IMG/VR virus record: IMGVR_UViG_3300032281_000616
Coordinates: 96,001-160,000 of that record
Source: a virus
Taxonomy: Duplodnaviria; Caudoviricetes
Length of the DNA stretch: 64,000 nt
Direction: 5' to 3' (one strand)
Shown here: one piece after another, positions 19,338 to 27,844 of the stretch
How the letters are laid out: the number at the start of each line of letters is the position of its first letter
Numbering within the stretch: position 1 is the stretch's first letter
Translations under genes and position numbers: made by a program
The notes under the pieces: model-generated
What the model saw: only the letters and a program-made list of their open reading frames with translations
What the model was told of the DNA's origin: nothing
The model's database searches: none

Positions 19338-22307
19338 ATGATAGTTAAAAAGATACTAATGTTGTTAACCGAAAACAATGCATCTGATATCGTTTCTGGT
19401 AATATAGTTAAAAGAGTCAAGGATATATTCACGAATCTATATTATACCGATGATGTGACAGAAAAGAACGATATCGGTATGAATCAGACAGATAAAATCA
19501 ATTCGAGAACATATATTTTACCTTATTTTGATCAAGAAGACGATGCCGTAACTGTACAAATATTGTACAGAATGATGAGAATACTCAGAAATTATAAAAA
19601 CACACAAGTTAGAAATTATGACCAACTGGAGATATCTGTGAAAGATTTGTTGAAGGATAGAGTGAAGGAGGTTGAGTCTGAAACTAGGAAAATCATAATT
19701 GATCATACCAAGACATCATACGGAAAGGTTTTAGTTACTTATCCAGATGATATATCACCAAGATCTAATTTATCTAAACAAATAAAACAAGCCCAAAATA
19801 TATACTTTTCTCAAAATAATACACCGAAGGAATCAGATAATTACGGTAATTACGATTACCCAAGATTTAAATTTTTCAGTAAAAACAAAGAATCTTTAGG
19901 AGATAAACAATTCTATGTGAAATTAGAATTGGCTAAGTTGATAAATGCTTTAGTTTTTCCTAATGTAACAGTCGAAGAGATTGGAAATACAACATCGAGT
20001 GAAGAAAATCCTATAACAAATAACAAAGAAACTAAATCATCAGAATTATCAATCAAATTTGTAAAAACTATAAACACCCCATATGGTAAAAAGCATCAAA
20101 TAGAATTACCACAATCAAAATCTTATGGTGTGTATCAAGATGCTAAGTCTAGGGGATATACACCAAAATTGATGGCTTTCGATTTCAATACCAAAAATCA
20201 TTTAATATCCAGCAGCCCAAGTGAGTATAAAATACTCAAATCTTTATTTGATAAATACGGTTTAAACACATCTGAATTAGATTCATTATATTCCGATGTT
20301 GAAGAACCGATAAAAAATGAATCCGAAAAAGGATTAATATTTACGAATTTAGAGTCCGATAAAATTGGATTATCGTATGTAAGAAATCAACCAATTGAAT
20401 CGAAGGAATTTTTGAAAAATTTAATACAGTATATATTTTATGATTATTCTTGGAATTCTACATTATATCGATACGAAGTATCAGCGGATTATAAGCAGTT
20501 AATGATGTTTAAAGATATAATGGAAAGATTTGAATTTGATATAAAGGAATTAGAAAAAATAATAAAGGAAAAGATTAAGATTGGTGTAATAGATGATTCA
20601 GAAAAGGCTGAAGGAGAATTGAATCCCCAATTTAAAAATATTATAGATAATAAATTAAATGAGAATTATCCCAATAGTAAATTTGAACTATACGATTTAC
20701 AAAAAGAAGGTGTTAAATTTTTAACATCTAGAAAGTATGCTATTCTAGGCTCCGAAACAGGAGCCGGGAAAACTATACAATTTATATATGCTGCTGATTT
20801 ATTGACCAGAGAAAAGAAAGAAAATGTATTGATCGTCACTTTGAAAGCTGTTCAAAAACAAATAGTGCAAGAAATAATAGATGTTTTGGGAGAAGAGGCG
20901 AGATCAGAAATATCGACAGATCCAATGAACCCAAAACGATGGACGATTCTTAGATATCCCAATTTTTCAAGTGGAAATAATTTAGAAAATGTCATAGATA
21001 AATTATTATTTACAAAATTTAAAGTTCTTATTCTAGACGAATTGCACAGAGTCAAACACGAAAAACGAGGAAGTAAAGTAGTTATAACATCGGCAAACAT
21101 AGAAAAGATATCCAAAAATATACCCATAAGGTGGGGAGCTACAGCAACATTATCATCTAACGAACCTATAAATGTTAGAAATCAACTAAGATTATTGGGT
21201 CATCCATTGGGTAATATATCGATTGGAAAATTCAAAAAAGAATTTTGTGGTATGGTTCTTAAAGATATAAGACGAAAACCATCTAAAAAGGTTTATAACG
21301 ACGAGGATGATTTAGACAATGATTACGGACAAAATTATGGTGGCGCGACAAAGGCGTATGTGAACGGAACCATAGAGCAACAGTTGGAAGCAGCCGAAAA
21401 TTTACATCGGTGGTTATCCTTAACGGGTGTTTATATCAGACATAGTAAAAAGGATATGAGAGCGGCCAAAGGAGAAAAAATGCCTGATGCCAATATCGAA
21501 AAAAAATCAAATCCTATAAATAAAGACCTTTTAAAAATCATGGTAGACCACAAATTAAAATCGTACAAAGACGAAGATTTGGAAATATCTAAACTTATAG
21601 CATTTAGAGAGAGTATTGCTCAACTCAAGGTGCAGGATACCGTGAATGAAACAATCAAAATTATAACAGAAAACCAAAACGATTCAACACACAACTATGC
21701 AAAATCTAAAGTTCTAATATTTACAAATTTTGCTCAGTCAGGGAAGTCATTATATACACAATTATCGGAAAAATTGCAAAATATAAATCCAAAATGGAAA
21801 GTTTACACATATTTGAGCGGAACACCAAAAGATCAAATAATTAATGTTAAGAAAAATATGGAACATAAGGATTCGAAGGTTCTGATAATGAGTATGAAAA
21901 TGGGTGGGACTGGTATTTCATTTCCGAATACTTTTGCTAATATGTTAATCAATGATTTTGATTGGACCCCAGAATCGATAGAACAAAGTGAGGGTAGAAT
22001 TTTTAGAATCAATACTGTGCAAAATGTCAATATCAAGTATATGTTAGCTGATGGGAAAGATCAAGAACTTTTTGAAAAAGTGGAATTGAAGAAAAAGATA
22101 GCTGAAATTATTCAAACATATAGACAGAATTATTTGGAATCAGAAAATGGTGCAGAGTGGGTTTCTAAAATAGTTGATTTGCAGAAAGAATTGATAAAGA
22201 TAGATGATGATATCAATTCCATTACGGCTAGTGACGTAAGTGGAAATTTAGCTGAATCGTTTGAAGAATTCTTCAATATATACTCATCCATTAGAATACT
22301 TAAATAA
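19338..22307 (+). CDS. SNF2-family (SF2) helicase/ATPase
   Basis: LYDLQKEGV, SETGAGKT, ILDELHR, GATAT, LIFTNF, GGTGISF, DWTP...EQSEGRIFR; start set by TAAATA-N5-ATG at 19327. Confidence 0.88.
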   Translation: MIVKKILMLLTENNASDIVSGNIVKRVKDIFTNLYYTDDVTEKNDIGMNQTDKINSRTYILPYFDQEDDAVTVQILYRMMRILRNYKNTQVRNYDQLEISVKDLLKDRVKEVESETRKIIIDHTKTSYGKVLVTYPDDISPRSNLSKQIKQAQNIYFSQNNTPKESDNYGNYDYPRFKFFSKNKESLGDKQFYVKLELAKLINALVFPNVTVEEIGNTTSSEENPITNNKETKSSELSIKFVKTINTPYGKKHQIELPQSKSYGVYQDAKSRGYTPKLMAFDFNTKNHLISSSPSEYKILKSLFDKYGLNTSELDSLYSDVEEPIKNESEKGLIFTNLESDKIGLSYVRNQPIESKEFLKNLIQYIFYDYSWNSTLYRYEVSADYKQLMMFKDIMERFEFDIKELEKIIKEKIKIGVIDDSEKAEGELNPQFKNIIDNKLNENYPNSKFELYDLQKEGVKFLTSRKYAILGSETGAGKTIQFIYAADLLTREKKENVLIVTLKAVQKQIVQEIIDVLGEEARSEISTDPMNPKRWTILRYPNFSSGNNLENVIDKLLFTKFKVLILDELHRVKHEKRGSKVVITSANIEKISKNIPIRWGATATLSSNEPINVRNQLRLLGHPLGNISIGKFKKEFCGMVLKDIRRKPSKKVYNDEDDLDNDYGQNYGGATKAYVNGTIEQQLEAAENLHRWLSLTGVYIRHSKKDMRAAKGEKMPDANIEKKSNPINKDLLKIMVDHKLKSYKDEDLEISKLIAFRESIAQLKVQDTVNETIKIITENQNDSTHNYAKSKVLIFTNFAQSGKSLYTQLSEKLQNINPKWKVYTYLSGTPKDQIINVKKNMEHKDSKVLIMSMKMGGTGISFPNTFANMLINDFDWTPESIEQSEGRIFRINTVQNVNIKYMLADGKDQELFEKVELKKKIAEIIQTYRQNYLESENGAEWVSKIVDLQKELIKIDDDINSITASDVSGNLAESFEEFFNIYSSIRILK

Positions 22308-22311
22308 GATT

Positions 22312-22653
22312 ATGGACAAAGGTTTATTTGATGCGTATGAGAACATTCTAGAGGAATCTTGGGGTGGATTAGCAATGAATCGCCCACCTATTAAAGGGGG
22401 CGCACAGGCACCACAGGACGCTAAGAACACCCTATCTAGTGCTAGTTCTAAGATCGGTATAGAGCAGGGTAGTTTATTCAACCAATCTCAATCTAGTGGA
22501 CAGAATCCTTATGAGCAAGAAGAATCTGGAGCTATTGACAAACAAAGAGTATTTGATATAATTGATCATCTATCAAAGGATTTGGATTCATCTAAGATCA
22601 CCGATAGAACTGCTGTAATGGTTCTTGGTAAACTCAAAAAATTAATAAAATGA
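22312..22653 (+). CDS. Hypothetical late protein
   Basis: TAAATA-N5-ATG at 22301-22314; 113 aa. Confidence 0.7.
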   Translation: MDKGLFDAYENILEESWGGLAMNRPPIKGGAQAPQDAKNTLSSASSKIGIEQGSLFNQSQSSGQNPYEQEESGAIDKQRVFDIIDHLSKDLDSSKITDRTAVMVLGKLKKLIK

Positions 22654-22811
22654 AACAGCGAGAGAAGAAATTTTCGAATTATTAAAAAATAACTTGAAAA
22701 ATAATAACCAAAAAACTAAATAACTTTACAACTAAATGCACTCCAATTACCAACCGATGTTTGAAGGGAAAGACAATCGCGCCGATTGTTGACGGAGGAA
22801 CTTTATTGATT

Positions 22812-22828
22812 AAACACTAGAATAAAGT
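22812..22828 (+). promoter_or_regulatory. AAACACTA-type promoter upstream of the tRNA cluster
   Basis: TTAAACACTA-GAA-TAAAGT about 100 nt upstream of the first tRNA. Confidence 0.55.
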
Positions 22829-22922
22829 ATGGACCTCCTAAGCAAGGGGCATCTGATAACGCAGTTAGAAAAAGATGTTTAGGTTTTGGTATAGATCCGA
22901 AAAAAAGAATAAAAATTTAAAT

Positions 22923-22995
22923 CGCAGGTAGGTGGTCTGGTTGACCATTCCGGGTTCATATCCCGGAGAGGAGGATTCGATTTCCTCACCCGCAA
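22923..22995 (+). tRNA. tRNA-fMet (CAT), initiator type
   Basis: C1:A72 mismatch; anticodon stem CCGGG/CCCGG with loop TTCATAT; T arm GAGGA-TTCGATT-TCCTC; no encoded CCA. Confidence 0.8.
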
Positions 22996-23001
22996 CATAA
23001 T

Positions 23002-23098
23002 GGGTACATAGGCTAATGCGCGAAAATGAAATAGAGCTAAGTGTATCACAGGTTGTGACGATAAGATTAGCTAGAGGTTCAACTCCTCCGTGTGCTCA
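23002..23098 (+). ncRNA. tRNA-like RNA with a non-canonical core
   Basis: Acceptor GGGTACA/TGTGCTC-A; T arm GAGG-TTCAACT-CCTC; helix GGCTAAT/ATTAGCT replaces the D and anticodon arms. Confidence 0.5.
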
Positions 23099-23108
23099 CA
23101 ATTCAAAC

Positions 23109-23179
23109 TGGAATATCGTCTAATGGTAAGACAACGCTTTCATACGGCGAGAACGACAATTCGATTTTGTCTATTCCTA
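23109..23179 (+). tRNA. tRNA-Met/Ile2 (CAT)
   Basis: TGGAATA/TATTCCT acceptor; GTC-TAATGGTAA-GAC D arm; loop TTCATAC; T arm GACAA/TTGTC. Confidence 0.65.
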
Positions 23180-23184
23180 CATAT

Positions 23185-23257
23185 GCGTGTTAACGATGGG
23201 ATTATGATTTGCTCGTAATGCGAATCATGAAGGTTTCGATTACCTTCAGCCGCACCA
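23185..23257 (+). ncRNA. Degenerate D-armless tRNA-like element ending in CCA
   Basis: Hairpin ATGATTTGC-TCGTAAT-GCGAATCAT; T hairpin TGAAGGT-TTCGATT-ACCTTCA; 3' GCCGCACCA; poor acceptor pairing. Confidence 0.4.
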
Positions 23258-23418
23258 TGAAATACATCAAAGCTATTGACTTTATTCAGTGGATATGGAA
23301 GAATACATTCAACACAGAGAAATCAAAATCACAAATTAAAAGAGATCTGGAACAAGGTTCTGTTAAATTGAATGATAGAAAAATTAAAGTGGATGATGTG
23401 TTTGAGTTTGAAGACTAA
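23257..23418 (+). CDS. Small S4-like RNA-binding protein (53 aa)
   Basis: SKSQIKRDLEQGSVKLNDRKI resembles the S4 motif at the C-terminus of bacterial TyrRS. Confidence 0.6.
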   Translation: MKYIKAIDFIQWIWKNTFNTEKSKSQIKRDLEQGSVKLNDRKIKVDDVFEFED

Positions 23419-23419
23419 T

Positions 23420-23508
23420 GTGCGGGCGGCAACGATGGTGGTGTTGCATTGGTCTGTAAAACCAATCCCTACGGGTAAACAATGTGGATTCGAATTCCAC
23501 CCTTCACA
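23420..23508 (+). tRNA. tRNA-Tyr (GTA)
   Basis: ATTGGT-CTGTAAA-ACCAAT anticodon arm; long variable arm; GTGGA-TTCGAAT-TCCAC. Confidence 0.85.
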
Positions 23509-23590
23509 CCGATGTTGGATAGCACCCAACTGATTTGGATAACAAAAGCGTGATAAGTCCAAAGAGAACCAAAAATAAAACGCGCACAAA

Positions 23591-23662
23591 TCCCATGTAG
23601 CACAACAGCAGTGCGTTCGACTGTTAATCGAAAGGTTGTAGGGGCAGAACCTACCTTGGGAG
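23591..23662 (+). tRNA. tRNA-Asn (GTT)
   Basis: TCCCATG/CTTGGGA-G; TTCGA-CTGTTAA-TCGAA; atypical T loop GGCAGAA. Confidence 0.8.
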
Positions 23663-23749
23663 CGAGGTTGATGTATAATTCTAACGACGACGAAGTATGA
23701 AAAAACTGTTGAATTGGCTGTGATCCGAGGCGATATGATCGGATAATAA

Positions 23750-23844
23750 CTAGGTGTTGCGATAGCTTGGTAATCGGGCCGACTTGGAATCGGTTGTGGG
23801 CAGAAAGAGTCTGTCTATCGGGGGTTCGAATCCCTCCACCTAGA
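23750..23844 (+). tRNA. tRNA-Pro (TGG) with a long variable arm
   Basis: CTAGGTG/CACCTAG-A; CGAT/ATCG D stem; GCCGA-CTTGGAA-TCGGT; 25-nt variable region; GGGGG-TTCGAAT-CCCTC. Confidence 0.8.
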
Positions 23845-23845
23845 C

Positions 23846-23920
23846 GGGTGTGTAATTCAATGGTAGAATAACTCCCTTTTAAGGAGTAAGCTACAGGTTC
23901 GAGTCCTGTCACACTCACCA
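23846..23920 (+). tRNA. tRNA-Lys (TTT)
   Basis: Canonical cloverleaf; ACTCC-CTTTTAA-GGAGT; encoded CCA. Confidence 0.92.
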
Positions 23921-23925
23921 ATTTA

Positions 23926-24001
23926 TCCGAGTATAGCTTTAATGTAGAAGCCTCCGACTGTGAATCGGACTGTTCTGGTTCAAGTCCAGATGCGCGGACC
24001 A
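23926..24001 (+). tRNA. tRNA-His (GTG)
   Basis: TCCGA-CTGTGAA-TCGGA; T arm TCTGG-TTCAAGT-CCAGA; encoded CCA; T-1/A73 instead of G-1/C73. Confidence 0.8.
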
Positions 24002-24012
24002 TAAATAAGTAT

Positions 24013-24675
24013 ATGACTTGCGATACCGTAGTAATCAGTGATATTCATCTAGGTAGTCCTGTGTGTAATAGAGAAAAAGTGTTGAAGGTTCTTTCTTTAG
24101 ACTTTAAAAGACTTATTATAAATGGTGATTTATTCGATAATTATTCATTTAAAAGATTTAATAAAAAAGACTGGGATATTCTAAGTAAACTTAGAAAATT
24201 AAGTAAAACACATAATATCATCTTTATCCATGGCAACCATGATTCGAATGGAGAATTTATGAGTGCTATTATGGGTATGGAATTTGTCGAATACTACGAA
24301 TTTGAACTCAACAATTCTAAATTCTTTTTGGAACATGGTGATAAATATGATCATTGGATCAAACATAAACCATTTATTACATGGTTCTTTACTGGGATAT
24401 ATTACTGGTTACAGAGAATCGATAAATCACATCGAATTTCCAGACTGACAAAAAAATTAAGCAAATCTTGGATTCAAGCTAAGGATATTGTTAGAACTAA
24501 GTTTGTAGAAAAGCGTGGTAAAAAATATGATGTCTTAATGGCAGGTCACACACACCATGCTGAAATCGTTGATTGTGGTGCCTGTGTTTATGTAAACAGT
24601 GGATCTTTCTGTGAAGTAAAATGTTCGTATATTAAAATTTATGAACATGGAAACTTTGAATTAATTTTCATGTGA
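24013..24675 (+). CDS. Calcineurin-like metallophosphoesterase (LpxH/YbbF-like)
   Basis: ISDIHLG, NGDLFD, HGNHD, EHGD, AGHTH metal-binding motifs. Confidence 0.85.
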   Translation: MTCDTVVISDIHLGSPVCNREKVLKVLSLDFKRLIINGDLFDNYSFKRFNKKDWDILSKLRKLSKTHNIIFIHGNHDSNGEFMSAIMGMEFVEYYEFELNNSKFFLEHGDKYDHWIKHKPFITWFFTGIYYWLQRIDKSHRISRLTKKLSKSWIQAKDIVRTKFVEKRGKKYDVLMAGHTHHAEIVDCGACVYVNSGSFCEVKCSYIKIYEHGNFELIFM

Positions 24676-24686
24676 TATTAAATAAC

Positions 24687-24723
24687 TTGACTTTATAAAA
24701 CACTAAGGTATGATTATCGTATG
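24687..24723 (+). promoter_or_regulatory. Promoter combining TTGACT, AAACACTA and TATGAT, with the ATG at the predicted +1
   Basis: TTGACT-TTAT-AAAACACTA-AGG-TATGAT-TATCGT-ATG. Confidence 0.75.
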
Positions 24724-24957
24724 TCATCTGAACTGACCCAACACATCGAAGCTATGGGATTAATCTTCACTGAAATGGAGAGACGTAGAAAAGAAGACCC
24801 TGATGATTTCAAAGATCTCTTAGATCAAGCTGATGGTAATTTCGGAATAGCCTATGCCTTTTTATTTTTGTTGGTTGAGGATAATCTCAGGGATCGAATG
24901 ATAATAAAAAGACACGCGAAAAAACCACAACTATTAGAATGTATTTATGGAAATTGA
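24721..24957 (+). CDS. Hypothetical protein
   Basis: 78-aa ORF at the predicted +1 of the motif promoter. Confidence 0.7.
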   Translation: MSSELTQHIEAMGLIFTEMERRRKEDPDDFKDLLDQADGNFGIAYAFLFLLVEDNLRDRMIIKRHAKKPQLLECIYGN

Positions 24958-25102
24958 TCAACAACTAATGAAACAAATCATCAGCATCTTAAAATCCATG
25001 TATGACATGGCTCAAGACGAAAACTGGGATGAATCAGATGCTCAATCTTTGATTATGGATGGTGCTGATTTATACGCAGACTATTTTAGAAATAATAATT
25101 GA
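24947..25102 (+). CDS. Small acidic hypothetical protein (51 aa)
   Basis: ORF read by hand, overlapping the upstream stop (MEIDQQLMKQII...). Confidence 0.5.
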   Translation: MEIDQQLMKQIISILKSMYDMAQDENWDESDAQSLIMDGADLYADYFRNNN

Positions 25103-25248
25103 ATAATTTCACTTCCTACTGGTCGGGTGGTAGGCTATACGGTATGATTACTTCATTAAATCCGTTACTGTTGCGCCAATGTGAAGGGCAATCCGAAACG
25201 GCTCAGTCTCTAGCTAAAAGGTTCTGATCAAACTGATTGAGACAAACT

Positions 25249-25323
25249 GCGCCAATGATGTAATTGGTAACATAATAGACTTCCACTCTATTCTTTAGGA
25301 TTCGAGTTCCTATTGGCGCACCA
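25249..25323 (+). tRNA. tRNA-Gly (TCC)
   Basis: GCGCCAA/TTGGCGC-A-CCA; ATAGA-CTTCCAC-TCTAT; TAGGA-TTCGAGT-TCCTA. Confidence 0.85.
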
Positions 25324-25325
25324 AT

Positions 25326-25397
25326 TCTCTCTAAGCATAGATAGCGATGCTCTGGCTTTGTAACCCAGATAGGTGAGCGCAAGTCTCACAGGGAGAT
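25326..25397 (+). tRNA. tRNA, probably Thr (TGT), atypical
   Basis: TCTCTCT/AGGGAGA; GCAT/ATGC D stem; C31:C39 mismatch gives a 9-nt loop CTTTGTAAC; T loop CGCAAGT. Confidence 0.6.
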
Positions 25398-25402
25398 CAT
25401 TT

Positions 25403-25609
25403 ATGAAAACTTTTTATAGAGTAGTTTGTGACGAACATAAACATATGTGTAAAGCTTTAATGATAGAAAATCATGATTGTTCTTTAGAAGATTCAAATAA
25501 AAATTTGGCTATTTGGTTGAAATATCACCATGGTTGTAATTTGAGATTGGTTCATAGTGAACAAGCACTAGATCAGCTATTATGCGAATATGATGATTAC
25601 ATAAAATAA
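25403..25609 (+). CDS. Hypothetical protein
   Basis: Probable start MKTFYRVVC just after the tRNA (the ORF-track start overlaps the tRNA). Confidence 0.6.
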   Translation: MKTFYRVVCDEHKHMCKALMIENHDCSLEDSNKNLAIWLKYHHGCNLRLVHSEQALDQLLCEYDDYIK

Positions 25610-25610
25610 T

Positions 25611-25928
25611 ATGAATGTAGAAATTAAAGAAGTTTATGCTGCTTATGAGACAGTAGATGACTATGGTCGTCTCGGAAGTTGTAGAGGAATATTCACATCT
25701 AGAAGTGGGGCAGATAAAGAAGCTATTGGAATAGGGTGGTGGGATGGTATAGGATCAGTAATAGCTAAAAATGTTATAATTGTTGATGGTGTTGTTTATT
25801 TACTTGAGTCTCCAACGCCTGTAGAATTGGATGTTAGTAGTGAAGAAGCCAAAGCAGCGAGAGAAAAGATCAAAGCTTCTGCATTAGCTAAACTTAGTGT
25901 GGATGAAAGAAGGGTATTGGGGGTGTAG
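25611..25928 (+). CDS. Hypothetical protein
   Basis: 105-aa ORF, tightly packed with its neighbours. Confidence 0.7.
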   Translation: MNVEIKEVYAAYETVDDYGRLGSCRGIFTSRSGADKEAIGIGWWDGIGSVIAKNVIIVDGVVYLLESPTPVELDVSSEEAKAAREKIKASALAKLSVDERRVLGV

Positions 25929-26017
25929 TAAAATGTGGTGTAACTGTAAAAATAATAACATGGATAATTTAGAATATTTGTGTCCGAATTGTCACAATAT
26001 AGAAACATATAAAAATT

Positions 26018-26070
26018 GTTCAGTGGATTGAAGTAATCCTGAAAGGTTGGCGCGATACCAACACTGAGCG
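26018..26070 (+). ncRNA. Mini tRNA-like element (acceptor stem and T arm only)
   Basis: GTTCAGT/ACTGAGC stem enclosing GATT-GAAGT-AATC and GTTGG-CGCGATA-CCAAC. Confidence 0.35.
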
Positions 26071-26076
26071 GCATTA

Positions 26077-26358
26077 ATGATTGACTTCATCATAACAGCG
26101 TGTATAATACTTTTATTCATTGGAGAACCTATATACGATAAAGGACATATTATGAAATTTAGAATAGTGCAGAAACATAACGGTGTGGATTATTATTACA
26201 TAATTCAACAACGATGGCTCTTATTTTGGAAGAAGCCATGGGATCACTATCTCACCTCAAATTTTCATTCTTGTAAATGTTGTGAAAAGGCTATAGATGA
26301 TTTTGAATTGAAGTTAAAAACTAATCATGTAATTTTAGAAAAAACAATTGAGGATTAG
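26077..26358 (+). CDS. Hypothetical protein (start may be internal, MKFRIVQK)
   Basis: YYYIIQQRWLLFW motif. Confidence 0.55.
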   Translation: MIDFIITACIILLFIGEPIYDKGHIMKFRIVQKHNGVDYYYIIQQRWLLFWKKPWDHYLTSNFHSCKCCEKAIDDFELKLKTNHVILEKTIED

Positions 26359-26419
26359 CATAATGGCAATGCTCCCGACTTTGACTCGGGCTATAAAGGT
26401 TCGATTCCTTTATCCTCTG
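26349..26419 (+). tRNA. tRNA-Gln (TTG)
   Basis: CCCGA-CTTTGAC-TCGGG; AAAGG-TTCGATT-CCTTT; G73; no CCA. Confidence 0.88.
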
Positions 26420-26446
26420 CATTAAACACTAGAATATAATACTGAC

Positions 26447-26632
26447 ATGTGGTATCCACTTAACATACATAAAAATGAAGAAGTGAATTGTGGGGGAGAA
26501 ATTCTATTTTGGGATTACTCCTGCTACGAACCCGATTGTGCTTGTGGGTATGCTGATTATTATTGGAGATGTGAAGAGTGTGGAGAAATCTTTGATTGGG
26601 AAGATATGGATAAATTTGAAAAAGAAGATTGA
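26447..26632 (+). CDS. Small Cys-rich (Zn-ribbon-like) protein
   Basis: Preceded by AAACACTA(26424)-GAA-TATAAT-N6-ATG; CACG...CEECG. Confidence 0.7.
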   Translation: MWYPLNIHKNEEVNCGGEILFWDYSCYEPDCACGYADYYWRCEECGEIFDWEDMDKFEKED

Positions 26633-26638
26633 TAAATT

Positions 26639-26881
26639 ATGAAAAAGAAAACAAACTACATACAATGCTCACTTTTAAAAAATGAGAATATCCACCACAT
26701 GGCATGGATTCCAGAAAGGTTTGCTGTTATTGGAAATTATATTAAAATTAAAAAGGATGATGGATCTTGGGATGATGGATGGAAAGTCACTGGTGATGGA
26801 GAACGAAGAATTCTTACAGCTAAGGATGCTGATCAACAATCACAACTTTACAAGAAAACAAGAAAAGCTTCAGATATATGA
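26639..26881 (+). CDS. Hypothetical protein
   Basis: 80 aa; AWIPERFA..G.YIKIK motif. Confidence 0.7.
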   Translation: MKKKTNYIQCSLLKNENIHHMAWIPERFAVIGNYIKIKKDDGSWDDGWKVTGDGERRILTAKDADQQSQLYKKTRKASDI

Positions 26882-27123
26882 ATTTGACAATTAAAGATAT
26901 TATCAAAGATAATAGTGTAAAATTTAGAGAATACAGAAAAGGTATTTTATATTATCAGATTGTAATTATGAATGATGTGTCTATAGAGGATGCTGGTTTA
27001 TACACATTCCCAGTTCCATTAGAAGATTGTGGAGACGCTACATTCAAAGCTTCTGATAAAGCTATCATGTTTATGAGGTATATTAGAAAAGCTTTGGATG
27101 AAGGAACATTCGTGAAGATTTAA
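26878..27123 (+). CDS. Hypothetical protein
   Basis: ATGA-coupled to the upstream gene; FPVPLEDCGDATF...KAIMFMRYIRK. Confidence 0.75.
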   Translation: MNLTIKDIIKDNSVKFREYRKGILYYQIVIMNDVSIEDAGLYTFPVPLEDCGDATFKASDKAIMFMRYIRKALDEGTFVKI

Positions 27124-27124
27124 T

Positions 27125-27542
27125 ATGGAAGAGTATTATACAATGTCATCTGAAATGTTTATTAAATTCGGTGATAAAGGACAAAACTCTAGAAAATGAA
27201 TACGGTGGGTTGGAGGATTATCGTGGGGATGATTCTTATGACGAAAAATCAATCTCATTTTACCAATTAAAAAGGTTAGCGGATTTGATTGGTGAAGATT
27301 ATGATTTGAGTGCAGTTACACACTATTCTGGATATTTAGAAGGATGATTAGTTTCTTGGAGTGATGTGAATCCAGAATACGAAAAAGAATTAAAGGCTTT
27401 CGAGAATAGATTTAATACATATTCGTATAAATTAAAGAAATATGAGGAAATTTTAAATTTATATAATATCTGGAAAAAGGAACGTGAGATAGAAGCTTTG
27501 AAAGAAAAAATCAAAAAGAAAGAAAAGGAATTATCCAAATGA
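27125..27542 (+). pseudogene. Disrupted ORF (frameshift plus in-frame TGA)
   Basis: Protein-like reading continues after a frameshift near 27180 and across TGA 27345-27347 (YLEG*LVSW). Confidence 0.5.
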
Positions 27543-27844
27543 ATATTACACAAGAAATTATAAAAGAACTATATGAACTAGCGTCATGGGAAGGATGTGA
27601 GACTGGTGATCTATGTTATACTTTGATAGACATATATGAAGGTTGTATGAGTTATGCTTCCGACGAATTCCAACAAATATTAAAAAAGGAAATCATAGAA
27701 CAATATAATTTTCTAAAAAAGCAAAAAATGGAAGAAGATATCGAAACGATAGAGCTTATGAATAATATGTCTATTGACGATAAACGAAAACTAGTTTTAG
27801 ATAAACTAACTCAGGAAGATAAAGAAATTTTAGGATTATGTTAA
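27539..27844 (+). CDS. Hypothetical protein
   Basis: 101 aa, coupled to its neighbours. Confidence 0.7.
   Translation: MNITQEIIKELYELASWEGCETGDLCYTLIDIYEGCMSYASDEFQQILKKEIIEQYNFLKKQKMEEDIETIELMNNMSIDDKRKLVLDKLTQEDKEILGLC

Noticed and set aside
23469-24002. 177-aa minus-strand ORF, and ORF 23329-23589
   Set aside because: Antisense shadows of the tRNA cluster
24013-24675. Calling the phosphoesterase a lipid A-modifying LpxH
   Set aside because: The metal-binding motifs are shared across the calcineurin-like family; the substrate cannot be assigned from sequence by eye
25160-25250. Second GCGCCAATG upstream of tRNA-Gly suggesting another tRNA
   Set aside because: No T arm or complementary acceptor strand could be found; at most a short duplication
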